This document shows, piece by piece, positions 25,017-35,448 of a stretch of 64,000 nt of DNA. The position numbers and the translations under genes were made by a program. Below the pieces are notes generated by a model. It ran no database searches. It was not told where the DNA came from and saw only the letters and a list, made by a program, of their open reading frames with translations. Source of the stretch: Tricharina praecox (Eukaryota); NCBI RefSeq assembly GCF_024521635.1, contig NW_026250426.1:558001-622000 (forward strand), given 5' to 3'. Position 1 is the first letter of the stretch. Each line of letters starts with the position of its first letter.

Positions 25017-27990
25017 CGCCCCGTCTCTCCCAGGAAGGATCGAGTGTCTTGCTGGGCGAGGGGGCGGGCGGGCCGGGGGGTACAGTTCGTCTGGATCAAC
25101 TGTGATACATCCACCAGCCACTCGGATCCCCCAGCGATTGGCAGCAGGGTATCGTCAGTCAGTCCACATCACAGCGAAGCAAAGCGAGAGAGAGGCAGAG
25201 AGAGAGAGAGAAAGAGAGAGAAAAAAACACACACGTCTGTCAGCGCGGTCTTAGGATGCAAAGAGTTGTGTGCCTTCCCCCTCCCCTCCCCTCCCCTCCC
25301 CCAAAAGCGGGTAGAAATCTTTTACCGATTCGGAATGCACCGTAATCGCGCTTCCGCGAAGATCAATCAAGAATTGATCGCTGAGGCCATGACCGTCCGG
25401 TGAACCAACCACAGCGTCTAAACCCTTTCCATTCCCCCCGCCCACTTTCGACGTCACCAACCTCCGCGTACTTGTGTGTGTGTATTTGTGTGCGTGCGTG
25501 TGTGCGTGCGAGCCGGGAGAGGGGGGGAGGGTTCGCAGTAGACTCTTCTCTCCCGCCGCCGCCGCAGAGGGTACTGGTCGTCGAGAGGCTCCAGCAATAT
25601 TATCGTTGCGAGCGAACTTCGTAGGGAGAAAAAAAAAGGAGTGGTGTGGGATAAAAAGTCTAAGCCTCTGGGGTTTCGAGGGAAGGGGGGTGTGGGCGTC
25701 TTGAGCGTTGATATGCCGGTACGGTCGGGGTCGTGCGAGTGCGCATCGGTGTATGGTGGGACCGCAGCTTCGGGATGATGGAAGGTTGGTGGTGGTGATG
25801 TCACCGGAGCGACCGTTCGGGAGCCTATCTCTTCCTGGAAGTTGCGGGGGGTGGTGGAGAGGCAGAGGCAACTTTCCTTTCGCCTTGTGAGTTACCGCCG
25901 CCGTAAAGGGAACTTCTACTCTACCTAGGTTCTCCACATACGCTGTGAGAGCGATCACATCACATCACAGCACAACATGGGAGGACATCGGATCCGTACT
26001 CTACTCTACCTACTCTGGAGGGCGCCCCTCCACCACCCACGCTCCGTAACACAACCCCATCATCCACCATCATCATAATCATCATCACCACCACCCACCT
26101 CCACCCCCACCCACCACCCACCTCCACCAGCATCCCCGCCATCTAGACTGGACCCTTTCTTTCCGACTTTCTTTTTTCACTTCTTTCCCTTCTATTCTGC
26201 TGCTGCTGCTGCTTGATTACCTACTTGCACGCACACATGGAATTTCCTTCCTTTTGCAGCGGTTCCTCTCTCCACATTTAAAGCAGCAATGATGTGATGG
26301 TTATGTGCCTAGCTAACTGCTTCCACATATGTACGTATTTATTACCAGCCGCCCCGCGCACCAATGCCCTCTCCCCTCCCCTCGGAGAAGAACACTTCAG
26401 CAGACTCCACTCCCTGGATTGTGTGGGCATGGCGGCGGCTGAGATCCCGGCGAAATGCAGGTTACATCCATCAGTGCGAAGGGTAAGGGAAGGGAAGGGG
26501 AAGGGAAGGTATGTATGATATGTAGAGCGATGCTCCAGCAGGCAGGCAGACAGCTCTTTAGCTCAGGCACAGCGAGCGAGCGAAACCCGACCCGACTCCC
26601 CTACTCTACACATACATGCCTCGCTCGTACCCCAAATTCCCCATATCACTTTATTTCCTCTCTTAACATTCTCGGTATGGCAGTTCGGTTCAGCCGGCGG
26701 ATCCAATCAGCTGCATCACAGTTTAAAAAAAAACACATTACACAAGTACTTGCGTCGGGGGGATGGGGGGGGGGATGGGGAGGGGGGTTGTATGTAGATT
26801 ATTCCCTTAACCGCCGCAGGCCGCCACCGTGGTGGGTATGTAGGCCTTAGTTACATGTAACTTTTTTTTACACACTCTACATATATTACGATATCATATT
26901 TTCCCCCTTCCTTCCTTCCCTTTCGCCTTCGCCCACTCACCAATCAGCGTTCGCTCCACCTCGCCAATTGCGCGAGCGGCCCGCCCCGGAAAACCCCATC
27001 TCTTCCCTTCCCTTCCCTTGCACCTTCCCTTCCCTTGCACCTTCCCTTGCCCTTCCCTTACCCTTCCTAATAATGACGAAAGTCGCTCTCTCACTCTCAC
27101 TCACACACAACCACCACCACACATCCACATAACCCGCAACCACAACCTTCTTTTTCTAGTTCATATCCCTGGCTGCAGATGTGTATGGTGAGGGTGGAGA
27201 AAAAGGAGCGGGGGGGAGGAGGGCAAGGAGAAGTGGGGAGGGGGGGTGGTGGATTCATCCCATCTTTTTTTCTTCTCTTTCTTCACGTTCGATCGAACTT
27301 TCGAACGAATGAGCGCTGTGGAATCGTGAAACCCACCAACCGGAGAGGGAATATCAAAATGTGCCCTCGTCAACGATGACTCCCGGAAATGTTTCCCCGC
27401 CGGACCAGCGCAGACATCACCCCCCCAGCCTACATACCAGGCTTCGCACTCGCCCACCGCCCACCGGGCTGCCTCTTCTCATTTCTCATTATTTTGTTCC
27501 CCCCTTCCGTCGTCCGTCGTACCGTACGCACGGCGAACTGCGTCGTCAGCCCCCAAGGTACCTATCGTACGCTACATACCACCTACTACCTACCTAGGTG
27601 GCATGCTATGTTATGCAAGCGACAACTATCGTCCACCCGAGAGTAGATTATTCTTCACAAAATAATAATACATAATCATGACCGTTTAAAGTCGTGATTC
27701 GTGAACGTTTTCCAAGATTGCAGATTGTGTATTCGTCGAAGGAAGGACACGTTCAACGTTCCACAACCGTCCCCGCCCCACTTCGCCCCGCCCTCCCGCC
27801 CCGCCACGTCCCGTACTTCGAGCGAGACCCGTAACCATGTTCATCCCCCCGGGCCCCACCCCACCCCATGCCATGCCATGCCATGCCACCGCTTTACCCG
27901 CCGTGCTCCATTCTACATCGAGTACGTCTATCTATCTAGATCTCCGCCTACCTAGGCTTGGTCCCCGATCCGATCCCGACGGAGACTACT

Positions 27991-30900
27991 CTACTCCTCG
28001 ACGGCGTCGTCGTCCTCACCTTCGGCGTCCTCTTCGTCGTCCTCACCGTCGGCATCCTCATCGTCGTCACTGTCGTCGTCGTCGTTGTCCCCGGCGTCAG
28101 GCTTGATGACACGGTTGAGATATGTGATCTGTTCCAGTCAGTACGTCCCCGGCACGAGTTAATATACCATGTATATATAAATATATGTACGGTAAGCCAG
28201 TCCAATGTCCATGGGCTCTGAGCCCGCGGGGTATGCTAGAATATCAAAATTCAAATAACGACACCTACAACAATATCGACGATGGACATCTATCTACCTA
28301 GGCAAGCATGAGTGATTGGAAGGTATGGGCTTACCAATGGCTCCATGTTTTTGAACATATCCAACACTCGGTTCAGGAACTCTGGCGAGAGCACATCTTT
28401 ATCGTCCAGCGTCTTGCTGACAGTGAAACTCTTCAGACGGAGGAGTGCGATGTCCTTGTGATCCTTTGGATAATTCTGCAGCACGGGGAGAGCGTTTCAT
28501 GCCAGGTTAGTTAGGTACATACTCGACGGACGGCTATGGGTATGGTATGTATGGGGCAAAAGAAAAAAAAGGAAAAAGAAAAAAACAGGTTGCGGATTGG
28601 CATCCGGGGTGGGCACAAAAAGGGTAGAACGGTAATGATGATTCAGTCGTACAAGGTGACGTGACGAATGAACGGCGCTGACGGTACCGCCGGTGGGAAT
28701 ATAGCAGGCTTCACCGGGAGCAGGTAAGGTGGGGAAAGGATCTGAGCTGGCGGGAAGTGGAAGACGTGCATGTGCGAAACGAGGCACACCTCACGCTAAG
28801 CTAGGCAAAGCATCCTTTGGGAGAGGCTCGGAAGGATGGCGGTTTTATACCTGTGCACATTGCGCTCCTAGTCGCCGTCACCGACGACGGGATCGGGAAG
28901 GGCTTACCCACGATTAGGCCGAAGGAAGCTGGAGCCAAGCACATGGTACCCGTCGTAGGAATAGGGCAAGTGATATAACAGCCGAGGGACCGGGTGAAGA
29001 ATATGAAAGAAGGGCTCGGGTGCGGGCGCAGGGCAATGCGCACATAGAGTGGATAGTTTGCCATACCTTAGGTGCAGTTTTCAATGCATACGCTGCGTTC
29101 GCCGCGACAAATGATTTGACCATGTTCTTCTCATTTCTCTTGGACTTTCCGAAGAACTCCGTGGCAAATCCTTCGCCTGTCAGGACTCTTTTGAGACGCT
29201 CAGGATGCTTGTCGATGCTGCGTCGAATGAGACCCAATGCCTGTGCTTCTGGATGCCAGAGCCCGCCAGCTGAGCAGAATAAGGACACAACAAAGTTAGT
29301 CCACCCGCTTCTGAGACATCTGCACTGTTGGCGCAACGGGACAATGAACGGAATATCAAGGGGGCGCCAACGAACGGGTCGGCAGAGCCTTCCGTGGGTG
29401 CGCGTGTGTACGACAGAGAAGTGTACGAAGGAGAAGGGAGGAGACGAAGGGGGGAGGGAGGGGGGGCAAGGGACGGGCCGCAGCCTTTAGCACATAACAT
29501 GCCTGCAATTGTTTCTCCAGGCTTGATTTGCAGATAGTAGCAAGCATACGGGCCCTTCCTTCCGGTTCGTGACCTGATTTTTTACGACCGCATGTAAGCA
29601 GTGCTCAACGGACGATCTCTCGATCGGAAGCAACATACCAGGCTGCCGAGAAATATGTCTGGTCAGTCCGTCAGCCATTATACATCACTTAATACCTACA
29701 CCGATCAGATCGGGAAGCCGCTCATGGCTCTGTTGCATAGGGGTTGGCTACAGATAGCCTCCAGCGGTGGGAACGGGCCCGGGATGCGCAGGGCAGGTAA
29801 GGCAAGCAACGATAGATTAATAGATTACCTTATACGGGGTCTGATCATTGCTGAACCTAGTGAGAAGATTTGAAAATTCAGCAACCGCTGCGGATCTTGA
29901 TGCATGTGTTGTTGGTAGCCGTATTTACCTGATGTCTCTGTGGATCCGGAACACCTGCGCAAAGGGACCGCATGTCAGCCAGGGCACGGGCAGAGGGAGG
30001 CAGCAGCCCAGTGGCGATGTGCAGCAGGAAGAAGTCTATCCGGCAAAGGAATCCGGGGCGGGTAACAGGAGCCATTCATAGCCAGCCTTGCGGCCGCACA
30101 GCATCGGTGAAATGTGTATCCGCAACAGGGCGTAAGACACCCAAGCAGATAACGGACAGGGTACACCGGATCACCAAATATGCGGAGGGGATAGTGTTCC
30201 GCGTACGCCATGCATCACGTTGGTCGAGGTGCAGAATGTGACCGCAAAGGCAAGTCTTCAGCCAACAGAAGGAAGGTAATCCACGTACTAGATCCTTGAC
30301 GGGAAGCTCCGGGATTGTGTCGTCAACACGCTCTGGCATAGCTGCTGTCATACTGTCGACGAACTTGTCGAAGTCTGCCTTTCCCGCTCGATATACGGCA
30401 TCATGTCCTGGACACGCGGGTTAGCTTCAGGAGCACAGTTCCGGATGCGCACCCGGCCCCAGCATGCTGAGTCCTGATGCGATGGCAGCGCGAAAGCGCA
30501 CGCAGAGCCCATAACATCGCCACTCTGCCGCCGGGGCTTCGGACAGCTGACGCGACGGCAGCAGCGCATGGAGGGCGTGGTTCCAGCGAGAGAGGAAGCC
30601 AGCGCACGGCATCTGATTACGGGCACGGTTGACTGGAATGCAAAACTCCACGTACCATGCAGCCAGCTACGATTATTATTTTCCGTAAGATCTATTGCAT
30701 AAGTGTACATAAACTGGTTAGCCGACCCTCGCTTCGGAGACTGGAACTCAGTCACCTGACAGAAAGCGCAACGTGTTTGGGTGGATTTGATCGTCCGCGT
30801 ATTCGATGTCCCCCGGACTGGGCGCTCGCTGGTGCGGAATGAACACCTCGCCAGTGCTGGCCTTTTTCTTCTTGACGACTCTTGGCTGGGATATCGCTGC

Positions 30901-31194
30901 GGTCGAGAGCGTCCGTTTTCTGGCCGGCTTTGCAGCTTTCTCTTCTTCCTCATCCTCGTCCGCTTCTTCTTCTCTCCCCTCCGACGCCTCCACTTCATCT
31001 TCATGTACAGCATCATCTGGCTCTGATTCCGCTTCGAAATCAGATGCTGTGTCGCTCTCCTCTTTGTGGCCTTCGTCCTCATCCTCGGATGGATGCTCGA
31101 AATAGGGACTCTTCTTAACCGGGGCCTTCGTTCGTGCAGACTGGCGGCGCGGCGTGGCCGTGGGAGCAGACCCGGTCATCTTCCTAGGTGGCAT
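27991..31194 (-). CDS. DUF2461 (TIGR02453-like) protein, ~406 aa, 10 exons: 31194-30756, 30691-30656, 30407-30289, 29954-29929, 29856-29829, 29658-29639, 29573-29503, 29269-29067, 28475-28335, 28128-27991
   Basis: Manual splicing gives one 1221-nt ORF: ...IHPNTLRFLSDLTENNNRSWLHGHDAVYR...LPVKDLVFRIHRDIRFSNDQTPYKTYFSAAWSRTGRKGPYACYYLQIKPG...GGLWHPEA...LKTAPKNYPKDHKDIALLRLKSF...ITYLNRVIKPD plus an acidic tail. RxxRDxRFxxD..Y is the DUF2461 signature. Every junction has a donor, branch site and YAG; intron 7 uses a GC donor. Confidence 0.88.
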
Positions 31195-31551
31195 GATCGC
31201 TGTAACCCCTTTCTTTCGTTCGTCCGTACGTGTATAGTATAGTATAGCTGGCGATATAGCAGATGTGTAGCAACAGTAAGTTGATTACCTCGCCTCGCGT
31301 GTGTGGATGGTGTTCTTCGGTCAGGTTGACGTGACCACGCGTGCCAGATGTGGTGACGGCAGCCAAGCCACTAATCAGCTGTCCCCACGTTCAACGATCC
31401 CCCACTCTTTTTTCTGCGCGCGGGCAGACTCCACCCCCGACCGATAGAACGGAATCCGAACTGAACCCCTCTCAGCCATAGATTCTTCAGCTGATTGCAG
31501 CTTGCTTCCGCCCCCACAACGGACACGACGCAAATTCCGATCGTGGCCGCA
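31195..31551. promoter_or_regulatory. Compact bidirectional promoter between the DUF2461 gene and TYW3
   Basis: Only 357 bp separate the divergent ATGs (31194 minus, 31552 plus). It contains TGACGT (31327) and ACGCGT (31337). Confidence 0.6.
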
Positions 31552-32538
31552 ATGTCAGATCGGCACTTCGACGGGCGGAAGGCGCGGCTCCTCGCCGATA
31601 TCGAGTCGCCAACCCCGGACTTATCGCCAAAGGGCAGCATCGACGTTCAGATCGTGCCGCTGGTCTCACGGCTTAACTTGCATGCAGACGTTGTCACCAC
31701 CAGCTCATGTAGCGGGCGCGTCAGCGTCTTCCTCGAGGGTGGTGACTCCGCATCCCGAGTTAGCGGAAAGGGCGAGGGCGGAAGATGGCTGTACGTCTCT
31801 CACGACCCGGTAGATATCGCCGGTCGAACCGATTCGGAGTTGGCGGATATGATGGTGGGCCCCGCGGGTGCTCGGAACGGCTCGCTCGTGCCGACTGCGG
31901 GAACCCGGTTTGTGCACTTTAAGTTCGAGACCATGGTGAGCTTCCGAAACCCCCCCACCTAGTCGTTATCCTGGTTTCTCATATTTGAGTTTGGACTGCT
32001 GATATCTGAACTCTGCGTCGATACCTAGATCCTGCACATCTTGACCCGCGACCGCGATACCGCCCAAGCCATCTTATCGACTGCGCTTGCCACTGGCTTC
32101 CGGGAAAGCGGCATCATGAACTCCTCGGGGTCTCCCATGGTTGCCATTCGCAGCAACGGCCTTGCCTTGGACTGCATAGTCGCGGTGCTGGATGCGGACG
32201 GTAAAGTGCAGAAGCTCGTCAGCGACGAGTACATCGCTATGTTGGTGCGGATTGGTAACTTGAGATTTGAGGAGAACGATCACCGCATTTCGAAGTTGAC
32301 AAGGAATCTGGAGGATGCATTGTTTAAATCAAAAGATGAGGGCGAAGGCACAGGTAAAGAGAAGACGTGGGAGGACAAGGAGGTGAGGAAGGCACGGAAG
32401 AAGGAAGAGGGATTGAAGAGGCAGGAAGAAGCTCGAGTGGAGCATGCGGTACTGGACGAGAGCGATTTGCGTGGCAAGGTAGATGGGGACGAAGATGAAC
32501 CGGTACTGAGCCGGTGGATGGAGGCGGGGGTAGAATAG
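31552..32538 (+). CDS. TYW3: tRNA wybutosine-synthesizing protein 3 (yW-86 methyltransferase), ~297 aa; exons 31552-31935 and 32029-32538
   Basis: Motifs DLSPKGSID, VTTSSCSGRVSVF, GRWLYVSHDP, HFKFETM|ILHI, GFRESG, PMVAIRS and N.RFEEN..RI are present. Intron 31936-32028 is GTGAGC...CTAG. Confidence 0.93.
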
Positions 32539-33743
32539 AGAGGCGCGGTCCGTGCACGCATATTCTGTGATCCAGACCGCTCGTCGTTCGTTGCCATAAT
32601 ACGGTCGGCTGTTCACGGGGGCTTGCCGGGAGATGTATATCTGCTGCCCCTCCATTCCTCCCGCGAGATCATGCAGAATGTTGTCATACTGTTTAGCGCG
32701 TTCGTATCGCACATACATGATAAAGCACTCGGCCGCTTTGTCCCGATGAGATAGAATAAAGCTTCTGCGGGTATTAGTAGCGAGAGAAATCGAATGAGGT
32801 GATTTTCCACCCTTTTTCGCACGTTTTGGTGCACCTGTACCACACTTCTCTACTTGTTCTCGCCGGGCCTAGAAGTGATGATGCTGGCACCTAGTATTAC
32901 CTAGAGTCAGACGAGAAAAACGAGCGGGGTAAGTCGATACGCAACACCTATCCAGACAATGCTACCTGCGATATTTTGAATAACAGGTTTGCGCTCTATC
33001 CGCCTGAATAAGAATGTTCGCAAATCTGGCTTCCCTAAGGCAGGAAAATAGGTGTATCCGAGGCAGAAGTGCTTCGGCGTGGCTCATTCATTTAACCACA
33101 GAAGTGCCAGAGGAGGTGCCGGCCGGTATCGGCGATTTTGCTTTCCGGTTCACCACACATCTAGGTATGACAATGGTCACCGAGTGACATCGCATATATC
33201 AATAGCCAATTTCTACCCTCATACACGGTGAAAAACTACAGTGCTAAGAGCCTGATCTTGCACTTTTATCCATCACTCGCTTAGCTTGGTGATTTGTCCG
33301 ATTATGGATTGTGACTGAAATTCGGTCATAACCCATATGCCTAGGGAGGATCCACAAGACCCAAACCAGCTCAGCTTTCTAATATCTAGTACATAAGCCC
33401 TAACGATGATCTAGCCTCATGACTACGCTATTTTCCTGCATCCGCTCGGTTGTTACTCGTCGCCATGACCAAAACCAAGGGATCGCCGGGCTGTCTTAAG
33501 ACTAGGTAGATCTTCAGTTGTAACGTCTCCACAAAAAATACCGAAGTGATGGAGGTTTATTGCCCAGTGGATTACATACCACTTCTGACTACACATATTA
33601 TTATCGGAGAGATCATTATGGGTAAGCTTACTGATAGCAAGCTTCATAAAGGCTCGAGCTTCCGGCTTAAGCCCACTCAAACCGCGACCAATACCGAGGA
33701 CGCAGTCTCCAGAAGATAAGTAATCTTCCTTAAGACGGGGTCC

Positions 33744-34290
33744 CAGGCCTGCGAATAGTCCGTCCGGACCGAAGACTGTTAGGGCCCGGCGACACAGACC
33801 CGTCTGGGGCGAAGATTTGCCGGACTAGAGCAGTCCAGTCCTAAGTTCAAGATGCTCGGAGCCCGGCTGGTGCCCCATAGAGACCGGAACTTTTAGTGCC
33901 GGAGAAGCTGCCAGGCTGACTGCATACTGAGTGACAGACATGCACATAGGATGAATTCAAACTCGAGGGAAATGCATATGGCCGTGCTGTAGGTCGTAGC
34001 ATTATGTAGTTTAATCGAGTCCTCGCTGTCTACTAGCATCATTGTAATTACCTATCATTCCGACCCTACCTATCTGGTACGTAGATTGAAGTGAGACAGC
34101 ACCGTACCAGCAGTGGCAGGCTACGCCCGGCACTACTACCACCGCTAGTGGTAAAATTTCCGGGCCCCAATGGGGCTTCAGTCCTCCTCTAGCTTGCCCG
34201 GAGCCCTACAGTCCTTGATTTTCCGGCCCGAAAATTTCGGCCCCGTCCGGGGCATAGCCCAGAACGGACTGGACGCCCTATGCAGGCCTG
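33744..34290. mobile_element. hAT-like MITE (~547 bp) with GTCC/GGAC subterminal repeats
   Basis: Left end CAGGCCTGCGAATAGTCCGTCCGGACCG matches the reverse complement of the right end, CAGGCCTGCATAGGGCGTCCAGTCCG. The direct repeat CGGGGTCC lies at 33736-33743 and 34292-34299 (8-bp TSD, one base off register on the right). Confidence 0.75.
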
Positions 34291-35448
34291 CCGGGGTCCC
34301 GAGATCAGTGTTTCACTTTCTATAAGCACACGCTTGTATGATACACACTTGCATCACGAGATATAACCGACGGCTCGTCCGGCTCCGACCTACAGAACCA
34401 AATAAAACTCAAATTTTACGCCGCCATAATTTAGATCGCTTGAATGCGAGTAGGATTAAACAGAAGAAAAACTCAAACTCTACAATCCCACCAGAGACAA
34501 TCATATCACGGAGAAATCCAGGTTTGCAATGGGTAGTAACTTGTTCATTGCCCACCAAATACCAAACCAAGAAGAACCCTGAAAGACCTTCTAGCAGTTA
34601 TCAGTCAGCTTAAATAAACAAAACACAAACACCCATGAGATCGTATTATTAGTGCATACTTTAAAACATATGGTAGTGCTAAAGTATCTTTAAGAAAATG
34701 CTAGTGATATCGTATCTACGGTCAAAATACGTGTTTTTTATGCCCTGATACAATATCAATATGCGTCCTGCGGGAAACAACGTATTTTTACTCCCCCTTG
34801 ACTTTACAGTAGATCATAGCAATACACATTCCGTTTCCTTGACCACTGTCCAACCCGACTTTCGCCAGGCGTCCCGACGTCGTGGCTTCTACTCCCTCCG
34901 CCCTGCCCTTCATCGAAGATAGGTACATGTGGAGCGCACCAAGGAAACAAAGAAAGCTGGAGAAATGAAAGCCCGCTCCTCACTCCGCCCCGGCCCCTGC
35001 CTCTTAATCAGGAGATGCTATGAAGGTGGGTGTGGGGGGAGGAATAGCGGGACCCTGAAGCGCCGCCCGGTAATCACGGAGCAGCGGGTAGTTGCGAGTT
35101 GCGACAGCTTGGACTCCGCATACAGGCTCCAGTATGTACGCATGCAGTAACCAAAAGCTCCATTTCTACAGGAACGCATGCGCCATTGACCGCCTCAAGT
35201 TCCGAATGCACTGTGGACGTTGATAGGCCACCGCCGACATAACGGTTACCACTACGCAGCCACGAATATCCATTCATACTACGCACTCCGGCTTCGGTGG
35301 AGGCAATATGGGACGGCCCTGATCTCTATCATTTGTAGTTGCCTACAGATCTCATGCTATCAAGCGAACCAGGGAGTAATACCTAAAAAGCATGATAAAT
35401 CACTCACCCTACCAAGTCAATACCGTACTTAGTATCTACCGAATGAAA

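Noticed and set aside
21346..25958. Long ORFs of 150-280 aa (PEPEPE, GSGSGS, QNQNQN, WFWF, SLSLSL and similar)
   Set aside because: They are open in several frames only because they cross stop-free microsatellites, and many lack an AUG.
28476..30655. TPP riboswitch, box C/D snoRNA or snR30/U17 identity for the structured introns
   Set aside because: I found no TPP aptamer core and no paired RUGAUGA/CUGA boxes on the transcribed strand. A UAUUCCUA match to the snR30 m1 motif lacks a properly placed m2 and ACA. Identity is left open pending an Rfam search.
32850..34800. Possible pseudogene interrupted by the MITE (ORF 33453-33680 minus)
   Set aside because: No recognisable homology, and the frame cannot be continued across the insertion.
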